64,000 nucleotides of DNA from an uncultured Candidatus Saccharibacteria bacterium (GCA_964368945.1 CAYJDM010000003.1:22231-86230); one strand, 5' to 3'. Numbered from the stretch's first letter, positions 27,828-37,149 are shown. Notes: a model not told the origin generated them from the sequence alone. A program made the numbers and translations.

Positions 27828-27879
27828 CAAGGCGGGACAAGAAAACCGGCATCGTGGGGATCTCGGAATTTGCCGAGGA

Positions 27880-28368
27880 ATGCCTCGCTTTTTTTATGCA
27901 TATAGTTTACATATGCTGTCACAGGACCGCAGTCCAAAAACACTTAGCACAAAGACATCCAGTATGATAATAAATCCAGACAATTCAGCTGCAGACAAGC
28001 AAGCGGGCGAGGAGGGAGAATACCCAATCCGTCCCAGAGACCTAGACACGTCAAAGATGCCGATCGGTTTCGCTCATATGTTCAGCCTATACAGCGAAAC
28101 GATAATGCTTTGGGGTTTCATGGAATTTTGCAAGCATAAGGGAAACTGGGGCAGGTTCACGATGGACGAGTTCCTTGCATTCATCGATAATCGCAATGCG
28201 CCAATGAACGCACCGCTTCGCAGCGCATGCGGAACATTCGTGGAAGGAATGATACCGGCGCTCTTCTGTGAACATCGCGATACTGCGCCGAATGGCAGAA
28301 ATCATTCCTATATGCCAAGCCATTTCACTATCTGCATGTATTTCATGCATAATCCGATAAAGCGCTAA
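27880..28368 (+). CDS. hypothetical protein
   Basis: 162-aa ORF, Cys/His/Met-rich; no motif. Confidence 0.45.
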   Translation: MPRFFYAYSLHMLSQDRSPKTLSTKTSSMIINPDNSAADKQAGEEGEYPIRPRDLDTSKMPIGFAHMFSLYSETIMLWGFMEFCKHKGNWGRFTMDEFLAFIDNRNAPMNAPLRSACGTFVEGMIPALFCEHRDTAPNGRNHSYMPSHFTICMYFMHNPIKR

Positions 28369-28489
28369 GGCTGGTCGGTGGATACATGTCGTTACGGTCA
28401 GATGCCTAGGCATTCAAGAGCACATCACCCATTCGGGCGCGCACAGGCGTTAACCGGATGGGTGTGTTTTTTTCTGATATAATCTACCC

Positions 28490-28903
28490 ATGAATGTAAC
28501 TCTCCAGGTAGGCGTCAAGGCTTTTCTCAAGAACAAGGAAGGCAAATATCTCATTATCAAGAGATCGCCGATCAAGTATCCGAATGTGACTGATTGCTGG
28601 GATATCGTCGGCGGGCGAATAGATCCAGGCACGATACTCGTCGAAAATCTGAAGCGCGAAATTTCCGAAGAGACGCAGCTGAGCATGGCTACAGAGCCTC
28701 GATTGATTTTCGCGCAGGATATAATTCCGAATCCGGAAAAGCATATCGTCCGGCTTACATATATCGCGGATGTGGAAGGGGAGCCTGTCTTGGATACGGA
28801 AGAAAATACCGAATACAGATGGCTAACAGTCGATGAGATGAAAGCCGAAGAAAATCTCGACAAGTATGTGCGTGGGATTTTGGATAAAAACCTCCTGGCT
28901 TAA
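28490..28903 (+). CDS. NUDIX hydrolase
   Basis: Nudix box GGRIDPGTILVENLKREISEETQL; 137 aa. Confidence 0.8.
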   Translation: MNVTLQVGVKAFLKNKEGKYLIIKRSPIKYPNVTDCWDIVGGRIDPGTILVENLKREISEETQLSMATEPRLIFAQDIIPNPEKHIVRLTYIADVEGEPVLDTEENTEYRWLTVDEMKAEENLDKYVRGILDKNLLA

Positions 28904-28914
28904 TTTTTATATAT

Positions 28915-29877
28915 ATGAATCCCGACGAATTACAAAACTCAAGCGCACACGCATCCGCAACGGCCCCAATCGCAGAAGGCACACAAAAGGAAAGCTCCGC
29001 GGAGCTGCATTTCAAGCATGCCTTCACCATCAAGACGCCCGTATTCGAGGGGCCGTTGGATCTTTTGCTCAATCTGATCGAAAAGAAGAAGCTCTTCATC
29101 AGCGATATCTCGCTTTCGAAAGTGACGGATGAATATATCGCGCATATCAATGATCTGCCGGAATATTCGCTCAAGCATCGCACGCAGTTCATCTTGATAG
29201 CGTCGACGCTTTTGCTCATAAAGGCGAAATCATTATTGCCGACGCTGGAGCTGACTCAGGAAGAAGAGGGCGATATCAAGGATCTGGAGCGACGCCTCCG
29301 CATCCTGGACCTCATGCGCAAGCGCGCATTGAATGTCCGCGAGATGTATGGCCGCAGCCGCATCTATCCGCGAGGGGATATGGATGAGACCGTCGTCGTC
29401 TTTGCGCCGGGCAAGGATATTTCGCCGGGAATCACTGCTGACGGTAAGGAGGATATGAGCAAAGGGCAGAATTCGCTTCGCGATGCGATGTGGCGCGTCT
29501 TGAATTCTTTGCCAAAGACCGTCGTCGAGCAGAAAGCTACCGTCAAGAAAGTCATCAGCCTCGAGGAGATGATGGACCGGCTCGAAGACCGCATCAACAA
29601 TGCGATGAAGATGACCTTCAGCCAGTTCAGCAACAATAAGAGCGGCGATAAGGGATATGATAGGGCAGAGAAGGTGAATATCATCCTTTCTTTCCTCGCC
29701 ATGCTCGAGCTGGTGAAGCAGGGCGCCATCGATGTGCGTCAGGAAAGCTCATTCCATGAGATCGAGATGGAAAGGATGGAGATTGGGGTGCCGGAGTATG
29801 TGGAGCCTGCAAGCAATTCAGACATCACTGACGCCTCTGGCATTCAGAGCGATGGACATGCAGGAGAAATTATATAA
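28915..29877 (+). CDS. scpA: segregation and condensation protein A
   Basis: FEGPLDLLLNLIEKKKLFISDISLSKVTDEYIAHI, typical of ScpA. Confidence 0.85.
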   Translation: MNPDELQNSSAHASATAPIAEGTQKESSAELHFKHAFTIKTPVFEGPLDLLLNLIEKKKLFISDISLSKVTDEYIAHINDLPEYSLKHRTQFILIASTLLLIKAKSLLPTLELTQEEEGDIKDLERRLRILDLMRKRALNVREMYGRSRIYPRGDMDETVVVFAPGKDISPGITADGKEDMSKGQNSLRDAMWRVLNSLPKTVVEQKATVKKVISLEEMMDRLEDRINNAMKMTFSQFSNNKSGDKGYDRAEKVNIILSFLAMLELVKQGAIDVRQESSFHEIEMERMEIGVPEYVEPASNSDITDASGIQSDGHAGEII

Positions 29878-29880
29878 ACT

Positions 29881-30318
29881 ATGACAATGACAAATATCCC
29901 CGAATCAAAAGACTTTCCGGCATGCTTCTATAGATTAAGCATAAAGGCCATCTGCAAAAAAGACGGCAAGATCATGTTCATCAAGAAGCCGAGCGGAGCG
30001 CATGGGCTGCCGGGCGGAGGATTGGATTTCGGCGAAAGCGTGCAGGAAGGAATGGCGCGGGAGATGATGGAAGAAATAGGATTGACCGTAACGAAGGTCG
30101 CAACCAATCCGACATATGCTTGGATGCACAAATTCGAACAGTATCGAGGCATGGAATGGTTTTATTCATATATTTCCGCATATGAAGTGGAGATAGATTT
30201 CGACATTCCGATGACCGATGCCAAATATAACGAAATAGTCTTTTTATCGGAAGAAGAAATCAAGACTGCGAAATTGGATTGGCTTGCTACTGGCCTGGTG
30301 GATGTAATTGGGAAATAA
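29881..30318 (+). CDS. NUDIX hydrolase
   Basis: Canonical Nudix box GGGLDFGESVQEGMAREMMEEIGL; inserted between scpA and scpB. Confidence 0.85.
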   Translation: MTMTNIPESKDFPACFYRLSIKAICKKDGKIMFIKKPSGAHGLPGGGLDFGESVQEGMAREMMEEIGLTVTKVATNPTYAWMHKFEQYRGMEWFYSYISAYEVEIDFDIPMTDAKYNEIVFLSEEEIKTAKLDWLATGLVDVIGK

Positions 30319-30339
30319 TATTCAGTAAATTAAGCGCGT

Positions 30340-31044
30340 ATGAACATTCATATACCAGAAGCGAAAAGCGTACTTGCCGACATATTTAAAAAGTATTCAA
30401 AGGATTTTGATATCAAATCAATCTACATTTGGGGATCGATACTGACCCCAGACTATGTAGCGGGCAAGAGCGATATAGACACGATAGCCATCGTCCATGA
30501 TTCAGTGCCAATGAGCATTGAAGCCGACATTTTGAAAGAGCTTGAGGGCAAAATTCCTGAAGTTGATAAATTCAGTCTCAGATTTTTATATCTAAGCGAG
30601 CTGAACGAGGGATCCATAAAAGGGAATTTGGCCTCTTATATAAATGCAAGGCTGCTATTATCAGATTTTCCAAATTGGATGCATGTTGTTGGGCATGAAT
30701 ATTCGTTGGCTGAATTCTCACTTCATATGCCAACTCTCGACGAAGCATTAGCTCTGCAGATGAAAAAAGCATCGGAGAAAGGGTGGCTTGATATATGCAA
30801 CGTATCGGAAAAAGACAATATGTATTTTCTCAAAAATCTGGCTCAATCAATTTACACCATAGAGAAAAAGAAAGGTTTTATTGGCCCCTTTTCATACAAA
30901 ACATTGCGTGAAAAGGCTTCTGATAGAGAAGCGGCCATCCTTGCTCATATAATCGAAAGTCGCGAAAGAGATTGGAATTATGAAATTTTCCTTAAGTACA
31001 GAAACGAATATCAGCAGTACATAAATGATATACTAATCCCATAA
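30340..31044 (+). CDS. Pol-beta-superfamily nucleotidyltransferase (KNTase/ANT-like architecture)
   Basis: IWGSILTPDYVAGKSDIDTIAI (GS...DxD nucleotidyltransferase motif) followed by a 130-aa helical domain; inserted between scpA and scpB. Confidence 0.7.
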   Translation: MNIHIPEAKSVLADIFKKYSKDFDIKSIYIWGSILTPDYVAGKSDIDTIAIVHDSVPMSIEADILKELEGKIPEVDKFSLRFLYLSELNEGSIKGNLASYINARLLLSDFPNWMHVVGHEYSLAEFSLHMPTLDEALALQMKKASEKGWLDICNVSEKDNMYFLKNLAQSIYTIEKKKGFIGPFSYKTLREKASDREAAILAHIIESRERDWNYEIFLKYRNEYQQYINDILIP

Positions 31045-31048
31045 ACAT

Positions 31049-31732
31049 ATGCCCAAAGAAGAACATAAACCCGCTCATAAGCCAGAAGGCCCGCTCAAGA
31101 ATCATATCGAAGCCATTCTCTTTTGGCGTGGCGATCCGATGACTGCGTCAGAGCTCGCCAAATTTACATATTCGACGAAGGAAGAAGTGGCGATAGCGCT
31201 TGCAGAAGTCAAAGTCGATCTGATGACGCGCGGAATCGTGCTGATCGAGCATGAAGGGGAATATACGCTTGGTACGAATCCAGAGTCTTCGAAACTAATT
31301 GAAGCAGTGCGCAAGGAAGAGCTTTCGAGAGAGCTGGGCAAAGCAGGCCTCGAAACCCTCGCCATCGTCCTCTATCAGGGACCGATCCGAAGAAGCGAGA
31401 TTGATTATATTCGAGGAGTGAATTCGAATTTCATTTTGCGCAATCTCCTCATCAGAGGATTGATAGAAAGAAAGCCAGCTCCGAACGATAGCCGAGTCAG
31501 CGTCTATACCGCTTCGATGGAACTGGTGCGATATCTCGGCCTCACAAGCGTCAGCGAATTGCCGGATTTCGAAACTGTCAAAGCCCAGATCGTCGAATTC
31601 AAGAATGCCGATTCTGATAATGATGCGGCCGATAAAACAGTGAGCGAAACTACCGCCGAGACCGCTACCGAATCAGCGCCGAAAGAGGGGAGCGAAGCCG
31701 CTACCGAATCAGCACCTGAGACAGAGAATTAA
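31049..31732 (+). CDS. scpB: segregation and condensation protein B
   Basis: IEAILFWRGDPMTASELAKF winged-helix repeats; acidic Glu/Thr/Ala-rich C-terminal tail. Confidence 0.85.
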   Translation: MPKEEHKPAHKPEGPLKNHIEAILFWRGDPMTASELAKFTYSTKEEVAIALAEVKVDLMTRGIVLIEHEGEYTLGTNPESSKLIEAVRKEELSRELGKAGLETLAIVLYQGPIRRSEIDYIRGVNSNFILRNLLIRGLIERKPAPNDSRVSVYTASMELVRYLGLTSVSELPDFETVKAQIVEFKNADSDNDAADKTVSETTAETATESAPKEGSEAATESAPETEN

Positions 31733-31815
31733 GCCCTAATCCAACATTAAGTTTTGATGAAGAAATTATGAAGAAAACGGCTTAAAAGCTGGACATTTTT
31801 GACCTCGATGACATA

Positions 31816-32778
31816 ATGGACCATATGAAAATCAGAGCAAAAAATAGCACAAAAAACGACCATGGCAACCGAAAAAGCCTGTCGAAAGGCCTTGCCGAGG
31901 CGCGAATCATCTCATTCGCTTTTCTCGTGGCTTTGATGATGGTATTTCCAGTCTATATTTTTGCCCAGCAGACCTCGACCTCCCAAACGCCAGCGCAACT
32001 CGCCGCCGATGCCAATTATCGTCCGGACCAGAGCAAGATCATCGCGAAGAATGTGCTTGTCACGAACCTAACCACAGGGCAGGTCCTTTTTGACAAAAAC
32101 TCAACCGTCGTCCAGCCGATCGCATCGCTCGCAAAGCTCATGACCGCGATCACCATTAAGGAAATACAGGCGACATGGAAAAACCCACCGGAAAAGATCA
32201 AGCTGATCTCGAAAACAGCTGCATATACCAAAGCGGATTTCCAAGTTGCCACGGGCGGATATATGAAGACCAATGATCTCGTCTCATATATGCTCCTCGC
32301 ATCATCGAACTTCGCGGCGCAATCTCTCGCGAACGGAGTCATGCCGTATACGAGCTTCATTTCATATATGAATTTCACGGCCAAGAATCTAGGCCTCAAT
32401 AGCTATGCTTTCGTCAATGCATCAGGCCTGACGGAAGCGAATGGCAAGAGCTCGATAGGCTCAGCGCAGGACATCATGAAGACGCTCGTCATCATTATGA
32501 AAAAATATCCGGAGCTCGCATCGGCAACTCGCTCCAACGGTGCAACGATCAAAAGCTCTACGGGCGAAGTCATCGAAATCGACAATACGAATAAGTCCCT
32601 GGATGTCATCCCAGGAATCGTGCTCGGCAAGACGGGCTTTACGGATGAGGCAGGAGGCAATCTCGCCCTCGTCATCAAGCGAAACAATAATTACTATGGC
32701 GTAGTCGTCATGGGCTCTACCATCGATGCGCGATTTACTGATGCGGAGTATCTGGCTTCTTTGATTCCCGTGAATTAA
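31816..32778 (+). CDS. D-alanyl-D-alanine carboxypeptidase (PBP5/6-like, peptidase S11)
   Basis: SxxK (ASLAKLMT), SxN (LLASSNFAAQ) and KTG (GKTGFT) motifs; N-terminal membrane anchor. Confidence 0.85.
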   Translation: MDHMKIRAKNSTKNDHGNRKSLSKGLAEARIISFAFLVALMMVFPVYIFAQQTSTSQTPAQLAADANYRPDQSKIIAKNVLVTNLTTGQVLFDKNSTVVQPIASLAKLMTAITIKEIQATWKNPPEKIKLISKTAAYTKADFQVATGGYMKTNDLVSYMLLASSNFAAQSLANGVMPYTSFISYMNFTAKNLGLNSYAFVNASGLTEANGKSSIGSAQDIMKTLVIIMKKYPELASATRSNGATIKSSTGEVIEIDNTNKSLDVIPGIVLGKTGFTDEAGGNLALVIKRNNNYYGVVVMGSTIDARFTDAEYLASLIPVN

Positions 32779-32830
32779 GCGAATTGAGGGGATCTGGAAA
32801 ATGCCCCAAGCCGCATGATATACTAAAAAA

Positions 32831-33886
32831 ATGATGTCACTCGACGCTATCAAGGTCCTTTTGCCGGCTATCGTTTCTTTCGTGGCCGGCCTCGGCCTCA
32901 CCGCTTGGCTGACCCAGTACATGTACAAATGGCGCATGTGGAAGCGCAATTCTCGCAGCAATGAGAATCAGGACGAGATGTCGGCTGCCTTCAAGCAGAT
33001 CCATAATGAGACAGGGGAGAGAAGCACTCCGAGAGTCGGCGGCGTAATCGTCTGGCTTTCGGTCATAGTCACGATCGTGATTTTCGCAATCCTGTCATGG
33101 TTTTTTCCAAATAATGCGACACTCAAGCTGAACTTCCTCAGCCGAAATCAGACCATCCTGCCATTGTTCGCGCTTCTCTTCGCATCGATCATCGGTTTGC
33201 TCGACGATCTCCTGCAGATCTATGGCAAAAACCTCAATATGAGCGAAGGCATAACGCGACGCATGCGAATCCTCGTCGTTCTGCTCATCGGCGCCGTCGG
33301 AGCATGGTGGTTCTATACCAAGCTCGAAACAGGGTTGCACATTCCGTTTTATGGCGACATTTCGATAGGTCTCTGGTTCATTCCATTCTTTATGCTCGTC
33401 ATCCTCGGAACATTCACAGGATCAGTCATCGATGGCATCGATGGATTGGCGGCAGGCGTCATGGCTTCGGCATTCGGCGCATATGCATTGATCGCATTCG
33501 AGCAGGGACAATTCGATATTGCCGCATTCTGTGCGACCATCATCGGAGGAATCCTGGCTTTCCTTTGGTTCAATATTCCGCCAGCGCGCTATTATCTGAG
33601 CGAGACCGGTATGCTCGGCCTCACGGTTACTCTTGCCATCGTGGCATTCCTGACAAATCAGGTTCTCGTCTTGCCGCTTATCGCTTTTCCTCTCGTTGCC
33701 ACCTCGCTTTCCTCGTCGCTGCAGATGTTCTCGAAGAAGTTTTTTGGCAAAAAAATATTCCGCATCGCGCCCCTCCATCATCATTTCGAGGCGCTCGGCT
33801 GGCCTTCATATAAGGTGACAATGCGATATTGGGTCGTTTCTGTTATTTGCGCGCTGTTTGGTACGGTAATCGCACTTCTCGGCTAA
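32831..33886 (+). CDS. mraY: phospho-N-acetylmuramoyl-pentapeptide transferase
   Basis: Ten-TM protein with DDLLQIYGKN, VIDGIDGLAAGV and HHHFE motifs of the MraY/WecA family; lies in the dcw context next to ftsW. Confidence 0.85.
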   Translation: MMSLDAIKVLLPAIVSFVAGLGLTAWLTQYMYKWRMWKRNSRSNENQDEMSAAFKQIHNETGERSTPRVGGVIVWLSVIVTIVIFAILSWFFPNNATLKLNFLSRNQTILPLFALLFASIIGLLDDLLQIYGKNLNMSEGITRRMRILVVLLIGAVGAWWFYTKLETGLHIPFYGDISIGLWFIPFFMLVILGTFTGSVIDGIDGLAAGVMASAFGAYALIAFEQGQFDIAAFCATIIGGILAFLWFNIPPARYYLSETGMLGLTVTLAIVAFLTNQVLVLPLIAFPLVATSLSSSLQMFSKKFFGKKIFRIAPLHHHFEALGWPSYKVTMRYWVVSVICALFGTVIALLG

Positions 33887-33945
33887 TTATTAAATTAAAA
33901 CTCCGTCCTGCGAGACGCAAGACGGAGTGAGGGAGGGGTGGTTTC

Positions 33946-34068
33946 GGGCTCAACGACAGGACTCGAACCTGCGATCTTCCTTGGCGTGCCAGGGCTGCTA
34001 CAGATCGATGTCTGCGCATCACAAGGCACCAAAAAGGTTGCTCTTCACCAACTGAGCTACGAAGGCCC
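33946..34068 (-). tRNA. tRNA-like gene, isotype unresolved (possible non-canonical intron or degenerate tRNA)
   Basis: Minus strand reads GGGCCTTCG-TA-GCTCAGTTGGTGAAGAGC (D-arm) ...GCAGGTTCGAGTCCTGT (T-arm, T-loop TTCGAGT) ...CGTTGAGCCC. About 123 nt, some 45 nt too long, and the acceptor halves do not pair canonically. Confidence 0.5.
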
Positions 34069-34167
34069 AAAACCGAGCATATAATGACATTATATGAAAT
34101 ATTGTCAAGCTTTATGTGGCGCCATCATGAAATTTAGGATATAATCTGCAGAATACGTTCTTGCAAA

Positions 34168-35286
34168 ATGAAGAAAAAAATCGATAAGCCATTTCTCATA
34201 ATCACCTTGGTCCTGCTCATCGTAGGATTCTTCATCTTCACTTCGGCATCGATGGGTCTTTTGGCCAAATTATACGGAGCGGCGAAGTTCAAAGCAGTGC
34301 TCTTCAATCAGATCGCCCTCGGCCTCGGTGGCGGACTGATCGCGATGACTATAGCGGCGCATATTCCGTATACATTCTGGAGGAAGCATGCCTTTTATAT
34401 ATTGATAGCATCCGCCGCCCTGATGATCCTGGTATTCACGCCGCTTGGCAAATGCACCAAAGGAGCATGTCGCTGGCTTGAGATAGGCGGATTCAGCCTG
34501 CAGCCCGCAGAGTTCTTCAAGCTAGGCTTCGTCATGTATCTGGCATGCTGGTTCGCTTCGGTCAAGAATAAGGTGACGACATGGAAGCTGGGCACTTTGC
34601 CTTTTATCATATTGATAGGCATTACGGCGCTCCTGGTCCTCATGCAGCCAGATACGGATACATTCATGGTGATCACGCTTGCCGGAATCGCCATCTATAT
34701 CACCGCGGGCGGGCGATGGCGCGATCTCATGATCATGGGCGTCGTCGGCATACTCGGCCTGACCATTCTCGTATTCCAGAGGCCATATCTGATGAATCGA
34801 ATCCAGACCTTCATCGATCCGTCCAGGGATCCGACAGGAAGCAGCTATCAAGTACAGCAATCATTGATCGCAATCGGTTCTGGCGGCTTTACAGGCAGAG
34901 GCTTTGGACAAAGCATCCAAAAGTTCAATTTTTTGCCAGAGCCCATCGGCGATTCGATCTTTGCGGTAGCAGGGGAGGAATTCGGCTTCATCGGCTGTAT
35001 CACCATTATCGCTCTCTATATAATGTTCGCATTCCGCGGCCTGCGCATAGCCAAGCATGCGCCCGATACATTCTCGATGCTGCTCATCGTCGGCATCATC
35101 ACGCTCATCATCACGCAATCATTCCTGAATATTGCGGCAATGCTCTCGATCATTCCATTGTCCGGAACGCCGCTCTTGTTCATCAGCCATGGCGGAACCG
35201 CGCTCTTCTTCACGCTGGCTTCTGTTGGCATCATCTTGAATATTTCTAGGTATAAGGGGAAGGCGAAGGTTGCGGAGGCTAAGTAG
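34168..35286 (+). CDS. ftsW: SEDS-family peptidoglycan glycosyltransferase FtsW/RodA
   Basis: 372 aa, 10 TM helices; FLPEPIGDSIFAVAGEEFGFIG and SHGGTALF motifs. Confidence 0.85.
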   Translation: MKKKIDKPFLIITLVLLIVGFFIFTSASMGLLAKLYGAAKFKAVLFNQIALGLGGGLIAMTIAAHIPYTFWRKHAFYILIASAALMILVFTPLGKCTKGACRWLEIGGFSLQPAEFFKLGFVMYLACWFASVKNKVTTWKLGTLPFIILIGITALLVLMQPDTDTFMVITLAGIAIYITAGGRWRDLMIMGVVGILGLTILVFQRPYLMNRIQTFIDPSRDPTGSSYQVQQSLIAIGSGGFTGRGFGQSIQKFNFLPEPIGDSIFAVAGEEFGFIGCITIIALYIMFAFRGLRIAKHAPDTFSMLLIVGIITLIITQSFLNIAAMLSIIPLSGTPLLFISHGGTALFFTLASVGIILNISRYKGKAKVAEAK

Positions 35287-35389
35287 GGAATAAAAAAACA
35301 CCCCGCGCTGAATACCAATTACGGCATTCTGCACGGGGTTCGATTTTCGTTTTGAAGCGATGAGCTAAGGACTACCCAATGGCCTTAGT

Positions 35390-36487
35390 CTATAAAATGT
35401 CGCGGAAGAGACCTGATGATGACATGATGCCCGTCCACAGGACGATATCATCCCCGAAATCCAGAAACCTGGCATAATCGCCAATAAGCCCTACGGCGCG
35501 GTCAAGGCGCACCATATCGCAAATGCTTTTAAGATAGTATTCCCTCAAGATACGCCCGCCTTGTTCGTCTGCGATGTCGTCCTTTGGAATCGGGCCCTCT
35601 ATGAGCGTGATCTGCTTTTCCTCATATGGCTGAATCAGTATCTGGTACGATGCGTTTGGTTTATGCTCCGTACCGGGCAGCAAGGCATGCTGGACGAAAA
35701 TATATCTCGGCAGCGGAGCGTTGCAATCCAGCGCTTTTTGAACATACGACAGGACCAGGCCGAGACTCGGAACCACAGCATCCTGCGGAATATCGGGAAC
35801 AAGGCGCGACTTGGTCGCTTTCAGCGTGTCGCCCTTCCATTCTAGCTTCTCCACAGGAAAAAGATAAAAGCGATGCTCGGAAGATGAACGTAGTGGGTAT
35901 GTATCGGCTATGCACTGCTCGCGCAAGGAATCAGGCCGTATCTTGGTCAATTCATCGTCTCGCCGACATACCGCAGAGAAGCCGGCTTCGTCTTTAAATG
36001 CGGTAAACGGGCGGACGTACTCAGCCATCTGGCCGCGAAGCATTTGCTTAAACGAGCATGTCCCAAAACCAGCCAGATTCAGCGCCTGAGGCAAAACGGG
36101 CGTTTTCAGCAGATTTTGGGTCCTGCTGATTCCGAATATGCCCCTCTGCATAAACAGGCCTTCTTTTCCAAAAAGGCACGCCATCTGGCTTTGGCTCATT
36201 GACCAGCCCCCTTCTTTCTTGAGAGTCTCCTGAGTTATCCTTCGAAGCCTGGCTAGGCCCTTGGGTTCTGTTTCTTCTATGGCAGCATCAGCTGCTGATG
36301 TCGATGTACTATTCATTGTGTTTGGTTCTAGTGCTATATGATTTTTAGCATTAAGAGAACGCCTTCGGCATACGCGTGGGCGGCCCGAGCTGCATAGCTG
36401 GAGCGGAATATGTCTGAGAAAGATGCTTGATAGCAGGTCAATGTCGGACAAATTCCGCTCCAGCCAAGATAGCTGAACATCTGTCAA
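35390..36487 (-). CDS. hypothetical protein (island cargo); start uncertain, alternative ATG at 36316
   Basis: 365-aa ORF with no recognisable motif; inserted with a toxin-antitoxin pair between ftsW and murG. Confidence 0.5.
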   Translation of the reverse strand: MTDVQLSWLERNLSDIDLLSSIFLRHIPLQLCSSGRPRVCRRRSLNAKNHIALEPNTMNSTSTSAADAAIEETEPKGLARLRRITQETLKKEGGWSMSQSQMACLFGKEGLFMQRGIFGISRTQNLLKTPVLPQALNLAGFGTCSFKQMLRGQMAEYVRPFTAFKDEAGFSAVCRRDDELTKIRPDSLREQCIADTYPLRSSSEHRFYLFPVEKLEWKGDTLKATKSRLVPDIPQDAVVPSLGLVLSYVQKALDCNAPLPRYIFVQHALLPGTEHKPNASYQILIQPYEEKQITLIEGPIPKDDIADEQGGRILREYYLKSICDMVRLDRAVGLIGDYARFLDFGDDIVLWTGIMSSSGLFRDIL

Positions 36488-36555
36488 ACATCGTATAATG
36501 CGAACTGATATATTACAACTTGACTTGCAAGTTAATCTTAAGATAAACTTACTCC

Positions 36556-36825
36556 ATGAACATCATTGGTCTGAAAGAATTAAGGGAGAATACCGAAAAA
36601 TACATTACCCAAGTTGAGAAGGGGCGGTCTTTCACTGTCGTAAGGAAATCTAAGCCAATATTTAAAATGACTCCCATTGATAAATGGGGAGATGAGCCAG
36701 GATGGGAAGACGGCATTGATTTTACGAAGATCAAGAAAGGCGGCATCAAGGTCGGAGAGATCCTGGACAGGCTAAAAGCTCTTGAATTGGCAGAAAAAAT
36801 ATCGCAGCAAATCAAGAAAAAATAG
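36556..36825 (+). CDS. type II antitoxin, Phd/YefM family
   Basis: 89 aa; N-terminus IIGLKELRENTEKYITQVEKGRSFTVVRKSKPIFKMTPID is typical of Phd/YefM; its stop lies 4 nt before the toxin start. Confidence 0.7.
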   Translation: MNIIGLKELRENTEKYITQVEKGRSFTVVRKSKPIFKMTPIDKWGDEPGWEDGIDFTKIKKGGIKVGEILDRLKALELAEKISQQIKKK

Positions 36826-36828
36826 ATA

Positions 36829-37083
36829 ATGCATCCAGCAGACAAATTCCTCAAGAAACTTCCGAATGACAAGAGGCGCCTTATTGAAGGCGTTCTGGCA
36901 TATATTAGACAGGGCAAATTCTCAGGCCTAGATGTGAAAAAATTAAAAGGGTATTCGGACGTATTCCGGGTCAGAAAAGGGGATGTCCGCATAATATTTC
37001 AGATGAGCAGGACGGCCCTGCCTGACGATACCGTCATACTGGACATCAGATGGAGAAACGAGGGGACGTATTCAGACTACTGA
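36829..37083 (+). CDS. type II toxin, RelE/ParE family
   Basis: 84 aa; ...YSDVFRVRKGDVRIIFQMSRTALPDDTVILDIRWRNEGTY matches the RelE/ParE C-terminal consensus. Confidence 0.7.
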   Translation: MHPADKFLKKLPNDKRRLIEGVLAYIRQGKFSGLDVKKLKGYSDVFRVRKGDVRIIFQMSRTALPDDTVILDIRWRNEGTYSDY

Positions 37084-37149
37084 CTTTTCCTTTAAATCGC
37101 GCCTCGACAGCCACGACTCTTAAAAAGTTCTGATATACTACAGGGACAT

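Noticed and set aside
34581-35249. 222-aa His/Arg-rich plus-strand ORF in an alternative frame of ftsW
   Set aside because: The composition is implausible (His/Arg runs) and ftsW in the other frame is clearly real.
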